From positions 1 through 64,000 of the forward strand of contig JBHGNT010000039.1 of NCBI GenBank assembly GCA_043228905.1: 64,000 nt of DNA, read 5' to 3'. This DNA comes from Azolla caroliniana (lineage: Eukaryota > Plantae > Polypodiophyta). Under the pieces are notes generated by a model. The model searched no databases, had not been told where the DNA came from, and worked only from the letters and a program-made list of their open reading frames with translations. This document shows, in pieces, positions 24,901-41,100 of the stretch (its first letter is position 1; each line of letters opens with the position of its first letter). Both the position numbers and the translations under genes were made by a program.

Positions 24901-27900
24901 GTCTCTCGACCTGGGTTTCAAAATCTTGATTTTTTAATTCCATATCATAGCTAGCGTTGTTAGCTTTGATTCGCATGTTTGAACACAAAAATCCGATATC
25001 ACACGAGCCAGGTATGAACATTTTAATTTACTCATGGGCTCCTCTCAACTCCCTCCTCAAATTTGGTAATTTCGTCATGTCTCTTGACCTGAGTTTCAAA
25101 ATCTTGATTTTTTAAATCCATATCATAGCTAGCGTTGTTGGCTTCGATTCGCATGTTTGAACACAAAAATCCGATATCACACGAGCCAGGTATGAACATT
25201 GTAATTTACCTACTATCTCTTCTAAACTCCCTCCTCAAATTTGCTAATTTCGTCATGTCTCTCGACCTTAGTTTCCAAATCTTGATTTTTTAATTCCATA
25301 TCATAGTTAGCGTTGTTAGCTTCGGTTCGCATGTTTGAACACAAAAATCCGATATCACACGAGCTAGGTATGAACATTTTTATTTACTCAAGGGTTCCTC
25401 TCAACTCCCTCGTCAAGGTTGCTAATTTCGTCATACCTCTCGACCTGAGTTTCAAAATCTTGATTTTTTAAATCCATATCATAGCTAGCGTTGTTGGCTT
25501 CAATTCGCATGTTTGAACACAAAAATCCGATATCACACGAGCCAGGTATGAACATTGTAATTTACCTACTAGCTCTTCTCAACTCCCTCCTCAAATTTGG
25601 TAATTTCGTCATGTCTCTCGACCTTAGTTTCAAAATCTTGATTTTTTAATTCCATATCATAGCTAGCGTTGTTAGCTTCGATTCGCATGTTTGAACACAA
25701 AAATCCGATATCACACGAGCTAGGTATGAACATTTTTATTTACTCAAGGGCTCCTCTCAACTCGCTCCTCAAGGTTGCTAATTTCGTCATGTCTCTCGAC
25801 CTTAGTTTCAAAATCTTGATTTTTTTAATTCCATATCATAGCTAGCGTTGTTAGCTTCGATTCGCATGTTTGAACACAAAAATCCGATATCACACGAGCT
25901 AGGTATGAACATTTTTATTTACTCAAGGGCTCCTCTCAACTCGCTCGTCAAGGTTGCTAATTTCGTCATGTCTCTCGACCTTAGTTTCAAAATCTTGATT
26001 TTTTTAATTCCATATCATAGCTAGCGTTGTTAGCTTCGATTCGCATGTTTGAACACAAAAATCCGATATCACACGAGCTAGGTATGAACATTTTTATTTA
26101 CTCAAGGGCTCCTCTCAACTCCCTCGTCAAGGTTGCTAATTTCGTCATGTCTCTCGACCTGAGTTACAAAATCTTGATTTTTTAATTCCATATCATAGCT
26201 AACGTTGTTAGCTTCGATTCGCATGTTTGAACACAGAAATCCGATATCACACGAGCCAGGTATGAACATTTTAATTTACTCAAGGGCTCCTCTCAACTCC
26301 CTCCTCAAATTTTGTAATTTCGTCATGTCTCTCGACCTGGGTTTCAAAATCTTGATTTTTTAATTCCATATCATAGCTAGCGTTGTTAGCTTCGATTCGC
26401 ATGTTTGAACACAAAAATCTGATATCACACTCGCTAGGTATAACCATTTTAATTTACTCAAGGGCTCCTCTCAACTCACTCCTCAAATTTGGTAATTTCG
26501 TCATGTCTCTCGACCTTAGTTTCAAAATCTTGATTTTTTAATTCCATATCATAGCTAGCGTTGTTAGCTTCGATTCGCATGTTTGAACACAAAAATCCGA
26601 TATCACACGAGCTAGGTATGAACATTTTTATTTACTCAAGGGCTCCTCTCAACTCGCTCGTCAAGGTTGCTAATTTCGTCATGTCTCTCGACCTTAGTTT
26701 CAAAATCTTGATTTTTTTAATTCCATATCATAGCTAGCGTTGTTAGCTTCGATTCGCATGTTTGAACACAAAAATCCGATATCACACGAGCCAGGTATGT
26801 ACAGTGTAATTTACTCAAGGGCTCTTCTCAACTCACTCCTCAAATTTGCTAATTTCGTCATGTCTCTCGACGTTAGTTTCAAAATCTTGATTTTTTAATT
26901 CCATATCATAGCTAGCGTTGTTAGCTTCGATTCGCATGTTTGAACACAAAAATCCGATATCACACGAGCCAGGTATGAACATTTTAATTTACTCAAGGGC
27001 TCCTCTCAACTCACTCCTCAAATTTGCTAATTTCGTCATGTCTCTCGACCTTAGTTTCAAAATCTTGATTTTTTAATTCCATATCATAGCTAGCGTTGTT
27101 AGCTTCGATTCGCATGTTTGAACACAAAAATCCGATATCACACGTGCTAGGTATAACCAATTTAATTTACTCAAGGGCTCCTCTCAACTCACTCCTCAAA
27201 TTTGGTAATTTCGTCATGTCTCTCGACCTTAGTTTCAAAATCTTGATTTTTTAATTCCATATCATAGCTAGCGTTGTTAGCTTCGATTCGCATGTTTGAA
27301 CACAAAAATCCGATATCACACGAGTTAGGTATGAACATTTTTATTTACTCAAGGGTTCCTCTCAACTCCCTCGTCAAGGTTGCTAATTTCGTCATATCTC
27401 TCGACCTGAGTTTCAAAATCTTGATGTTTTAAATCCATATCATAGCTAGCGTTGTTGGCTTCGATTCGCATGTTTGTACACAAATATCCGATATCACACG
27501 AGCTAGGTATGAACATTTTAATTTTCTCAAGGGCTCCTCTCAACTCACTCCTCAAATTTGCTAATTTCGTCATGTCTCTCGACGTTAGTTTCAAAATCTT
27601 GATTTTTGAATTCCATATCATAGCTAGCGTTGTTAGCTTCGATTCGCATGTTTGAACACAAAAATCCGATATCACACGAGCCAGGTATGAACATTTTAAT
27701 TTACTCAAGGGCTCCTCTCAACTCCCTCCTCAAATTTGGTAATTTCGTCATGTCTCTCGACGTTAGTTTCAAAATCTTGATTTTTTAATTCCATATCATA
27801 GCTAGCGTTGTTAGCTTCGATTCGCATGTTTGAACACAAAAATCCGATATCACACGAGCTAGGTATGAACATTTTAATTTACTCAAGGGCTCCTCTCAAC

Positions 27901-30335
27901 TCCCTCCTCAAATTTTGTAATTTCGTCATGTCTCTCGACCTGGGTTTCAAAATCTTGATTTTTTAATTCCATATCATAGCTAGCGTTGTTAGCTTTGATT
28001 CGCATGTTTGAACACAAAAATCCGATATCACACGAGCCAGGTATGAACATTTTAATTTACTCAAGGGCTCCTCTCAACTCCCTCCTCAAATTTGGTAATT
28101 TCGTCATGTCTCTTGACCTGAGTTTCAAAATCTTGATTTTTTAATTCCATATCATAGCTAGCGTTGTTAGCTTCGATTCGCATGTTTGTACACAAATATC
28201 CGATATCACACGAGCTAGGTATGAACATTTTAATTTACTCAAGGGCTCCTCTCAACTCACTCCTCAAATTTGCTAATTTCGTCATGTCTCTCGACGTTAG
28301 TTTCAAAATCTTGATTTTTTAATTCCATATCATAGCTAGCGTTGTTAGCTTCGATTCGCATGTTTGAACACAAAAATCCGATATCACATGAGCCAGGTAT
28401 GAACATTTTAATTTACTCAAGGGCTCCTCTCAACCCCCTCCTCAAATTTGGTAATTTCGTCATGTCTCTTGACCTGAGTTTCAAAATCTTGATTTTTTAA
28501 TTCCATATCATAGCTAGCGTTGTTAGCTTCGATTCGCATGTTTGTACACAAATATCCGATATCACACGAGCTAGGTATGAATATTTTAATTTACTCAAGG
28601 GCTCCTCTCAACTCACTCCTCAAATTTGCTAATTTCGTCATGTCTCTCGACGTTAGTTTCAAAATCTTGATTTTTTAATTCCATATCATAGCTAGCGTTG
28701 TTAGCTTCGATTCGCATGTTTGAACACAAAAATCCGATATCACACGAGCCAGGTATGAACATTTTAATTTACTCAAGGGCTCCTCTCAACTCACTCCTCA
28801 AATTTGCTAATTTCGTCATGTCTCTCGACCTTGGTTTCAAAATCTTGATTTTTTAATTCCATATCATAGCTAGCGTTGTTAGCTTCGATTCGCATGTTTG
28901 AACACAAAAATCCGATATCACACGTGCTAGGTATAACCAATTTAATTTACTCAAGGGCTCCTCTCAACTCACTCCTCAAATTTGCTAATTTCGTCATGTC
29001 TCTCGACCTTAGTTTCAAAATCTTGATTTTTTAATTCCATATCATAGCTAGCGTTGTTAGCTTCGATTCGCATGTTTGAACACAAAAATCCGATATCACA
29101 CGAGTTAGGTATCAACATTTTTATTTACTCAAGGGTTCCTCTCAACTCCCTCGTCAAGGTTTCTAATTTCGTCATATCTCTCGACCTGGGTTTCAAAATC
29201 TTGATTTTTTAATTCCATATCATAGCTAGCGTTGTTAGCTTCGATTCGCATGTTTGAACACAAAAATCCGATATCACACGAGCTAGGTATGAACATTTTA
29301 ATTTACTCAAGGGCTCCTCTCAACTCCCTCCTCAAATTTTGTAATTTCGTCATGTCTCTCGACCTGGGTTTCAAAATCTTGATTTTTTAATTCCATATCA
29401 TAGCTAGCGTTGTTAGCTTTGATTCGCATGTTTGAACACAAAAATCCGATATCACACGAGCCAGGTATGAACATTTTAATTTACTCAAGGGCTCCTCTCA
29501 ACTCCCTCCTCAAATTTGCTAATTTCGTCATGTCTCTCGACCTGAGTTTCAAAATCTTGATCTTTTAATTCCATATCATAGCTAGCGTTGTTAGCTTCGA
29601 TTCGCATGTTTGAACACAAAAATCCGATATCACACGTGCTAGGTATAACCAATTTAATTTACTCAAGGGCTCCTCTCAACTCACTCCTCAAATTTGGTAA
29701 TTTCGTCATGTCTCTCGACCTTAGTTTCAAAATCTTGATTTTTTAATTCCATATCATAGCTAGCGTTGTTAGCTTCGATTCGCATGTTTGAACACAAAAA
29801 TCCGATATCACACGAGTTAGGTATCAACATTTTTATTTACTCAAGGGTTCCTCTCAACTCCCTCGTCAAGGTTGCTAATTTCGTCATATCTCTCGACCTA
29901 AGTTTCAAAATCTTGATTTTTTAAATCCATATCATAGCTAGCGTTGTTGGCTTCGATTCGCATGTTTGAACACAAAAATCCGATATCACACGAGCCAGGT
30001 ATGAAAATTGTAATTTACCTACTAGCTCTTCTCAACTCCCTCCTCAAATTTGCTAATTTCGTCATGTCTCTCGACCTTAGTTTCAAAATCTTGATTTTTT
30101 AATTCCATATTATAGCTAGCGTTGTTAGCTTCGATTCGCATGTTTGAACACAAAAATCCGATATCACAGGAGCCAGGTATGAACATTGTAATTTACCTAC
30201 TAGCTCTTCTCAACTCCCTCCTCAAATTTGCTAATTTCGTCATGTCTCTCGACCTGAGTTTCAAAATCTTGATTTTTTAATTCCATATCATAGCTAGCGT
30301 TGTTAGCTTCGATTCGCATGTTTGAACACAAAAAT

Positions 30336-32829
30336 CCGATATCACACGAGCTAGGTATGAACATTTTTATTTACTCAAGGGTTCCTCTCAACTCCCTCGT
30401 CAAGGTTGCTAATTTCGTCATACCTCTCGACCTGAGTTTCAAAATCTTGATTTTTTAATTCCATATCATAGCTAGCGTTGTTAGCTTCGATTCGCATGTT
30501 TGAACACAAAAATCCGATATCACACGAGTTAGGTATCAACATATTTATTTACTCAACGGTTCCTCTCAACTCCCTCGTCAAGGTTGCTAATTTCGTGATA
30601 TCTCTCGACCTGAGTTTCAAAATCTTGATTTTTTAAATCCATATCATAGCTAGCGTTGTTGGCTTCGATTCGCATGTTTGAACACAAAAATCCGATATCA
30701 CACGAGCTAGGTATGAACATTTTTATTTACTCAAGGGCTCCTCTCAACTCCCTCGTCAAGGTTGCTAATTTCGTCATGTCTCTCGACCTTAGTTTCAAAA
30801 TCTTGATTTTTTTAATTCCATATCATAGCTAGCGTTGTTAGCTTCGATTTGCATGTTTGAACACAAAAATCCGATATCACCCGAGCTAGGTATGAACATT
30901 TTTATTTACTCAAGGGCTCCTCTCAACTCCCTCGTCAAGGTTGCTAATTTCGTCATGTCTCTCGACCTGAGTTTCAAAATCTTGATTTTTTAATTCCATA
31001 TCATAGCTAGCGTTGTTAGCTTCGATTCGCATGTTTGAACACAAAAATCCGATATCACACGTGCTAGGTATAACCAATTTAATTTACTCAAGGGCTCCTC
31101 TCAACTCACTCCTCAAATTTGCTAATTTCGTCATGTCTCTCGACCTTAGTTTCAAAATCTTGATTTTTTAATTCCATATCATAGCTAGCGTTGTTAGCTT
31201 CGATTCGCATGTTTGTACACAAATATCCGATATCACACGAGCTAGGTATGAACATTTTAATTTACTCAAGGGCTCCTCTCAACTCACTCCTCAAATTTGC
31301 TAATTTCGTCATGTCTCTCGACGTTAGTTTCAAAATCTTGATTTTTTAATTCCATATCATAGCTAGCGTTGTTAGCTTCGATTCGCATGTTTGAACACAA
31401 AAATCCGATATCACACGAGCCAGGTATGAACATTTTAATTTACTCAAGGGCTCTTCTCAACTCACTCCTCAAATTTGCTAATTTCGTCATGTCTCTCGAC
31501 CTTAGTTTCAAAATCTTGATTTTTTAATTCTATATCATAGCTAGCGTTGTTAGCTTCAATTCGCATGTTTGAACACAAAAATCCGATATCACACGAGCTA
31601 GGTATGAACATTTTTATTTACTCAAGGGTTCCTCTCAACTCCCTCGTCAAGGTTGCTAATTTCGTCATACCTCTCGACCTGAGTTTCAAAATCTTGATTT
31701 TTTAATTCCATATCATAGCTAGCGTTGTTAGCTTCGATTCGCATGTTTGAACACAAAAATCCGATATCACACGAGTTAGGTATCAACATATTTATTTACT
31801 CAACGGTTCCTCTCAACTCCCTCGTCAAGGTTGCTAATTTCGTGATATCTCTCGACCTGAGTTTCAAAATCTTGATTTTTTAAATCCATATCATAGCTAG
31901 CGTTGTTGGCTTCGATTCGCATGTTTGAACACAAAAATCCGATATCACACGAGCTAGGTATGAACATTTTTATTTACTCAAGGGCTCCTCTCAACTCCCT
32001 CGTCAAGGTTGCTAATTTCGTCATGTCTCTCGACCTTAGTTTCAAAATCTTGATTTTTTTAATTCCATATCATAGCTAGCGTTGTTAGCTTCGATTTGCA
32101 TGTTTGAACACAAAAATCCGATATCACCCGAGCTAGGTATGAACATTTTTATTTACTCAAGGGCTCCTCTCAACTCCCTCGTCAAGGTTGCTAATTTCGT
32201 CATGTCTCTCGACCTGAGTTTCAAAATCTTGATTTTTTAATTCCATATCATAGCTAGCGTTGTTAGCTTCGATTCGCATGTTTGAACACAAAAATCCGAT
32301 ATCACACGTGCTAGGTATAACCAATTTAATTTACTCAAGGGCTCCTCTCAACTCACTCCTCAAATTTGCTAATTTCGTCATGTCTCTCGACCTTAGTTTC
32401 AAAATCTTGATTTTTTAATTCCATATCATAGCTAGCGTTGTTAGCTTCGATTCGCATGTTTGTACACAAATATCCGATATCACACGAGCTAGGTATGAAC
32501 ATTTTAATTTACTCAAGGGCTCCTCTCAACTCACTCCTCAAATTTGCTAATTTCGTCATGTCTCTCGACGTTAGTTTCAAAATCTTGATTTTTTAATTCC
32601 ATATCATAGCTAGCGTTGTTAGCTTCGATTCGCATGTTTGAACACAAAAATCCGATATCACACGAGCCAGGTATGAACATTTTAATTTACTCAAGGGCTC
32701 TTCTCAACTCACTCCTCAAATTTGCTAATTTCGTCATGTCTCTCGACCTTAGTTTCAAAATCTTGATTTTTTAATTCTATATCATAGCTAGCGTTGTTAG
32801 CTTCAATTCGCATGTTTGAACACAAAAAT
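30336..32829. repeat. 7-mer higher-order repeat (1247 bp), 2 copies
   Basis: The markers atatttatttactcaacgg (30541/31788), cacCcgag, gattTgca and ttcTatat recur at offset 1247. Confidence 0.9.
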
Positions 32830-35800
32830 CCGATATCACACGAGTTAGGTATCAACATTTTTATTTACTCAAGGGTTCCTCTCAACTCCCTCGTCAAGGT
32901 TGCTAATTTCGTCATATCTCTCGACCTGAGTTTCAAAATCTTGATTTTTTAAATCCATATCATAGCTAGCGTTGTTGGCTTCGATTCGCATGTTTGAACA
33001 CAAAAATCCGATATCACACGAGCCAGGTATGAACATTGTAATTTACCTACTAGCTCTTCTCAACTCCCTCCTCAAATTTGGTAATTTCGTCATGTCTCTC
33101 GACCTGAGTTTCAAAATCTTGATTTTTTAATTCCATATCATAGCTAGCGTTATTAGCTTCGATTCGCATGTTTGAACACAAAAATCCGATATCACACGAG
33201 CTAGGTATGAACATTTTTATTTACTCAAGGGTTCCTCTCAACTCCCTCGTCAAGGTTGCTAATTTCGTCATACCTCTCGACCTGAGTTTCAAAATCTTGA
33301 TTTTTTAAATCCATACCATATCATAGCTAGCGTTGTTGGCTTCGATTCGCATGTTTGAACACAAAAATCCGATATCACACGAGCCAGGTATGAACATTGT
33401 AATTTACCTACTAGCTCTTCTCAACTCCCTCCTCAAATTTGGTAATTTCGTCATGTCTCTCGACCTTAGTTTCAAAATCTTGATTTTTTAAATCCATATC
33501 ATAGCTAGCGTTGTTGGCTTCGATTCGCATGTTTGAACACAAAAATCCGATATCACACGAGCCAGGTATGAACATTGTAATTTACCTACTAGCTCTTCTC
33601 AACTCCCTCCTCAAATTTGCTAATTTCGTCATGTCTCTCGACCTGAGTTTCAAAATCTTGATTTTTTAATTCCATATCATAGCTAGCGTTGTTAGCTTCG
33701 ATTCGCATGTTTGAACACAAAAATCCGATATCACACAAGCCAGGTATGAACATTGTAATTTACCTACTAGCTCTTCTCAACTCCCTCCTCAAATTTGCTA
33801 ATTTCGTCATGTCTCTCGACCTTAGTTTCAAAATCTTGATTTTTTAATTCCATATTATAGCTAGCGTTGTTAGCTTCGATTCGCATGTTTGAACACAAAA
33901 ATCCGATATCACACGAGTTAGGTATCAACATTTTTATTTACTCAAGGGTTCCTCTCAACTCCCTCGTCAAGGTTGCTAATTTCGTCATATCTCTCGACCT
34001 AAGTTTCAAAATCTTGATTTTTTAATTCCATATCATAGCTAGCGTTGTTAGCTTCGATTCGCATGTTTGAACACAAAAATCCGATATCACACTCGCTAGG
34101 TATGAACATTTTAATTTACTCAAGGGCTCCTCTCAACTCACTCCTCAAACTTGCTAATTTCTTCATGTCTCTCGACCTGAGTTTCAAAATCTTGATTTTT
34201 TAATTCAATATCATAGCTAGCGTTGTTAGCTTCGATTCGCATGTTTGAACACAAAAATCCGATATCACACGAGCTAGGTATGAACATTTTAATTTACTCA
34301 AGGGCTCCTCTCAACTCCCTCCTCAAATTTTGTAATTTCGTCATGTCTCTCGACCTTAGTTTCAAAATCTTGATTTTTTAATTCCATATCATAGCTAGCG
34401 TTGTTAGCTTCGATTCGCATGTTTGAACACAAAAATCCGATATCACACGAGCCAGGTATGAACCAATTTAATTTACTCAAGGGCTCCTCTCAACTCCCTC
34501 CTCAAATTTGCTAATTTCGTCATGTCTCTCGACGTTAGTTTCAAAATCTTGATTTTTTAATTCCATATCATAGCTAGCGTTGTTAGCTTCAATTCGCATG
34601 TTTGAACACAAAAATCCGATATCACACGAGCCAGGTATGAACAGTGTAATTTACTCAAGGGCTCTTCTCAACTCACTCCTCAAATTTGCTAATTTCGTCA
34701 TGTCTCTCGACCTTAGTTTCAAAATCTTGATTTTTTAATTCCATATCATTGCTAGTGTTGTTAGCTTCGATTTGCATGTTTGAACACAAAAATCCGATAT
34801 CACACGAGCTAGGTATGAACATTTTAATTTACTCAAGGGCTCCTCTCAACTCCCTCCTCAAATTTGGTAATTTCGTCATGTCTCTCGACCTGGGTTTCAA
34901 AATCTTGATTTTTTAATTCCATATCATAACTAGCGTTGTTAGCTTTGATTCGCATGTTTGAACAGAAAAATCCGATATCACACGAGCCAGGTATGAACAT
35001 TTTAATTTACTCAAGGGCTCCTCTCAACTCCCTCCTCAAATTTGGTAATTTCGTCATGTCTCTTGACCTGAGTTTCAAAATCTTGATTTTTTAATTCCAT
35101 ATCATAGCTAGCGTTGTTAGCTTCGATTCGCATGTTTGTACACAAAAATCTGATATCACACTCGCTAGGTATAACCAATTTAATTTACTCAAGGGCTCCT
35201 CTCAACTCACTCCTCAAATTTGCTAATTTCGTCATGTCTCTCGACGTTAGTTTCAAAATCTTGATTTTTTAATTCCATATCATAGCTAGCGTTGTTAGCT
35301 TCGATTCGCATGTTTGAACACAAAAATCCGATATCACACGAGCCAGGTATGAACATTTTAATTTACTCAAGGGCTCTTCTCAACTCACTCCTCAAATTTG
35401 CTAATTTCGTCATGTCTCTCGACCTTAGTTTCAAAATCTTGATTTTTTAATTCCATATCATAGCTAGCGTTGTTAGCTTCAATTCGCATGTTTGAACACA
35501 AAAATCTGATATCACACTCGCTAGGTATAACCATTTTAATTTACTCAAGGGCTCCTCTCAACTCACTCGTCAAATTTGGTAATTTCGTCATGTCTCTCGA
35601 CCTTAGTTTCAAAATCTGTATTTTTTAATTCCATATCATAGCTAGCGTTGTTAGCTTCGATTCACATGTTTGAACACAAAAATCCGATATCACACGAGCC
35701 AGGTATGAACCAATTTAATTTACTCAAGGGCTCCTCTCAACTCCCTCCTCAAATTTGCTAATTTCGTCATGTCTCTCGACGTTAGTTTCAAAATCTTGAT

Positions 35801-38176
35801 TTTTTAATTCCATATCATAGCTAGTGTTGTTAGCTTCGATTCGCATGTTTGAACACAAAAATCCGATATCACACGAGCCAGGTATGAACAGTGTAATTTA
35901 CTCAAGGGCTCCTCTCAACTCACTCCTCAAATTTTCTAATTTCGTCATGTCTCTCGACCTTAGTTTCAAAATCTTGATTTTTTAATTCTATATCATAGCT
36001 AGCGTTGTTAGCTTCAATTCGCATGTTTGAACACAAAAATCCGATATCACACGAGTTAGGTATCAACATTTTTATTTACTCAAGGGTTCCTCTCAACTCC
36101 CTCGTCAAGGTTGCTAATTTCGTCATATCTCTCGACGTTAGTTACAAAATCTTGATTTTTTAAATCCATATCATAGCTAGCGTTGTTGGCTTCGATTCGC
36201 ATGTTTGAACACAAAAATCCGATATCACACGAGCCAGGTATGAACATTGTAATTTACCTACTATCTCTTCTCAACTCCCTCCTCAAATTTGCTAATTTCG
36301 TCATGTCTCTCGACCTGAGTTTCAAAATCTTGATTTTTTAATTCCATATCATAGCTAGCGTTGTTAGCTTCGATTCGCATGTTTGAACACAAAAATCCGA
36401 TATCACACGAGCTAGGTATGAACATTTTTATTTACTCAAGGGTTCCTCTCAACTCCCTCGTCAAGGTTGCTAATTTCGTCATACCTCTCGACCTGAGTTT
36501 CAAAATCTTGATTTTTTAAATCCATATCATAGCCAGCGTTGTTGGCTTCGATTCGCATGTTTGAACACAACAATCCGATATCACACGAGCCAGGTATGAA
36601 CATTGTAATTTACCTACTAGCTCTTCTCAACTCCCTCCTCAAATTTGCTAATTTCGTCATGTCTCTCGACCTTAGTTTCAAAATCTTGATTTTTTAATTC
36701 CGTATCATAGCTAGCGTTGTTAGCTTCGATTCGCATGTTTGAACACAAAAATCCGATATCACACTCGCTAGGTATGAACATTTTAATTTACTCAAGGGCT
36801 CCTCTCAACTCACTCCTCAAACTTGCTAATTTCTTCATGTCTCTCGACCTGAGTTTCAAAATCTTGATTTTTTAATTCCATATCATAGCTAGCGTTGTTA
36901 GCTTCGATTCGCATGTTTGAACACAAAAATCCGATATCACACGAGCTAGGTATGAACATTTTAATTTACTCAAGGGCTCCTCTCAACTCCCTCCTCAAAT
37001 TTTGTAATTTCGTCATGTCTCTCGACCTGGGTTACAAAATCTTGATTTTTTAAATCCATATCATAGCTAGCGTTGTTGGCTTCGATTCGCATGTTTGAAC
37101 ACAAAAATCCGATATCACACAAGCCAGGTATGAACATTGTAATTTACCTACTAGCTCTTCTCAACTCCCTCCTCAAATTTGCTAATTTCGTCATGTCTCT
37201 CGACCTTAGTTTCAAAATCTTGATTTTTTAATTCCATATTATAGCTAGCGTTGTTAGCTTCGATTCGCATGTTTGAACACAAAAATCCGATATCACACGA
37301 GTTAGGTATCAACATTTTTATTTACTCAAGGGTTCCTCTCAACTCCCTCGTCAAGGTTGCTAATTTCGTCATATCTCTCGACCTAAGTTTCAAAATCTTG
37401 ATTTTTTAAATCCATATCATAGCTAGCGTTGTTGGCTTCGATTCGCATGTTTGAACACAAAAATCCGATATCACACGAGCCAGGTATGAACATTGTAATT
37501 TACCTACTAGCTCTTCTCAACTCCCTCCTCAAATTTGCTAATTTCGTCATGTCTCTCGACCTGAGTTTCAAAATCTTGATTTTTTAATTCCATATCATAG
37601 CTAGCGTTGTTAGCTTCGATTCGCATGTTTGAACACAAAAATCCGATATCACACGAGCTAGGTATGAACATTTTTATTTACTCAAGGGTTCCTCTCAACT
37701 CCCTCGTCAAGGTTGCTAATTTCGTCATGTCTCTCGACTTGAGTTTCAAAATCTTGATTTTTTAATTCCATATCATAGCTAGCGTTGTTAGCTTCGATTC
37801 GCATGTTTGAACACAAAAATCCGATATCACACAAGCCAGGTATGAACATTGTAATTTACCTACTAGCTCTTCTCAACTCCCTCCTCAAATTTGCTAATTT
37901 CGTCATGTCTCTCGACCTGGGTTTCAAAATCTTGATTTTTTAAATCCATATCATAGCTAGCGTTGTTGGCTTCGATTCGCATGTTTGAACACAAAAATCC
38001 GATATCACACAAGCCAGGTATGAACATTGTAATTTACCTACTAGCTCTTCTCAACTCCCTCCTCAAATTTGCTAATTTCGTCATGTCTCTCGACCTTAGT
38101 TTCAAAATCTTGATTTTTTAATTCCATATTATAGCTAGCGTTGTTAGCTTCGATTCGCATGTTTGAACACAAAAAT

Positions 38177-41100
38177 CCGATATCACACGAGTTAGGTATC
38201 AACATTTTTATTTACTCAAGGGTTCCTCTCAACTCCCTCGTCAAGGTTGCTAATTTCGTCATATCTCTCGACCTAAGTTTCAAAATCTTGATTTTTTAAA
38301 TCCATATCATAGCTAGCGTTGTTGGCTTCGATTCGCATGTTTGAACACAAAAATCCGATATCACACGAGCCAGGTATGAACATTGTAATTTACCTACTAG
38401 CTCTTCTCAACTCCCTCCTCAAATTTGCTAATTTCGTCATGTCTCTCGACCTGAGTTTCAAAATCTTGATTTTTTAATTCCATATCATAGCTAGCGTTGT
38501 TAGCTTCGATTCGCATGTTTGAACACAAAAATCCGATATCACACGAGCTAGGTATGAACATTTTTATTTACTCAAGGGTTCCTCTCAACTCCCTCGTCAA
38601 GGTTGCTAATTTCGTCATACCTCTCGACCTGAGTTTCAAAATCTTGATTTTTTAAATCCATATCATAGCTAGCGTTGTTAGCTTCGATTCGCATGTTTGA
38701 ACACAAAAATCCGATATCACACGAGCCAGGTATGAACATTTTAATTTACTCAAGGGCTCTTCTCAACTCACTCCTCAAATTTGCTAATTTCGTCATGTCT
38801 CTCGACCTTAGTTTCAAAATCTTGATTTTTTAATTCCATATCATAGCTAGCGTTGTTAGCTTCAATTCGCATGTTTGAACACAAAAATCTGATATCACAC
38901 TCGCTAGGTATAACCATTTTAATTTACTCAAGGGCTCCTCTCAACTCACTCGTCAAATTTGGTAATTTCGTCATGTCTCTCGACCTTAGTTTCAAAATCT
39001 GTATTTTTTAATTCCATATCATAGCTAGCGTTGTTAGCTTCGATTCACATGTTTGAACACAAAAATCCGATATCACACGAGCCAGGTATGAACCAATTTA
39101 ATTTACTCAAGGGCTCCTCTCAACTCCCTCCTCAAATTTGCTAATTTCGTCATGTCTCTCGACGTTAGTTTCAAAATCTTGATTTTTTAATTCCATATCA
39201 TAGCTAGTGTTGTTAGCTTCGATTCGCATGTTTGAACACAAAAATCCGATATCACACGAGCCAGGTATGAACAGTGTAATTTACTCAAGGGCTCCTCTCA
39301 ACTCACTCCTCAAATTTTCTAATTTCGTCATGTCTCTCGACCTTAGTTTCAAAATCTTGATTTTTTAATTCTATATCATAGCTAGCGTTGTTAGCTTCAA
39401 TTCGCATGTTTGAACACAAAAATCCGATATCACACGAGTTAGGTATCAACATTTTTATTTACTCAACGGTTCCTCTCAACTCCCTCGTCAAGGTTGCTAA
39501 TTTCGTGATATCTCTCGACCTGAGTTTCAAAATCTTGATTTTTTAAATCCATATCATAGCTAGCGTTGTTGGCTTCGATTCGCATGTTTGAACACAAAAA
39601 TCCGATATCACACGAGCTAGGTATGAACATTTTAATTTACTCAAGGGCTCCTCTCAACTCCCTCGTCAAGGTTGCTAATTTCGTCATGTCTCTCGACCTT
39701 AGTTTCAAAATCTTGATTTTTTTAATTCCATATCATAGCTAGCGTTGTTAGCTTCGATTTGCATGTTTGAACACAAAAATCCGATATCACCCGAGCTAGG
39801 TATGAACATTTTTATTTACTCAAGGGCTCCTCTCAACTCCCTCGTCAAGGTTGCTAATTTCGTCATGTCTCTCGACCTGAGTTTCAAAATCTTGATTTTT
39901 TAATTCCATATCATAGCTAGCGTTGTTAGCTTCGATTCGCATGTTTGAACACAAAAATCCGATATCACACGTGCTAGGTATAACCAATTTAATTTACTCA
40001 AGGGCTCCTCTCAACTCACTCCTCAAATTTGCTAATTTCGTCATGTCTCTCGACCTTAGTTTCAAAATCTTGATTTTTTAATTCCATATCATAGCTAGCG
40101 TTGTTAGCTTCGATTCGCATGTTTGTACACAAATATCCGATATCACACGAGCTAGGTATGAACATTTTAATTTACTCAAGGGCTCCTCTCAACTCACTCC
40201 TCAAATTTGCTAATTTCGTCATGTCTCTCGACGTTAGTTTCAAAATCTTGATTTTTTAATTCCATATCATAGCTAGCGTTGTTAGCTTCGATTCGCATGT
40301 TTGAACACAAAAATCCGATATCACACGAGCCAGGTATGAACATTTTAATTTACTCAAGGGCTCTTCTCAACTCACTCCTCAAATTTGCTAATTTCGTCAT
40401 GTCTCTCGACCTTAGTTTCAAAATCTTGATTTTTTAATTCCATATCATAGCTAGCGTTGTTAGCTTCAATTCGCATGTTTGAACACAAAAATCCGATATC
40501 ACACGAGTTAGGTATCAACATTTTTATTTACTCAAGGGTTCCTCTCAACTCCCTCGTCAAGGTTGCTAATTTCGTCATATCTCTCGACCTGAGTTTCAAA
40601 ATCTTGATTTTTTAAATCCATATCATAGCTAGCGTTGTTGGCTTCGATTCGCATGTTTGAACACAAAAATCCGATATCACACGAGCCAGGTATGAACATT
40701 GTAATTTACCTACTAGCTCTTCTCAACTCCCTCCTCAAATTTGCTAATTTCGTCATGTCTCTCGACCTGAGTTTCAAAATCTTGATTTTTTAATTCCATA
40801 TCATAGCTAGCGTTGTTAGCTTCGATTCGCATGTTTGAACACAAAAATCCGATATCACACGAGCTAGGTATGAACATTTTTATTTACTCAAGGGTTCCTC
40901 TCAACTCCCTCGTCAAGGTTGCTAATTTCGTCATACCTCTCGACCTGAGTTTCAAAATCTTGATTTTTTAAATCCATATCATAGCTAGCGTTGTTAGCTT
41001 CGATTCGCATGTTTGAACACAAAAATCCGATATCACACGAGCCAGGTATGAACATTTTAATTTACTCAAGGGCTCTTCTCAACTCACTCCTCAAATTTGC

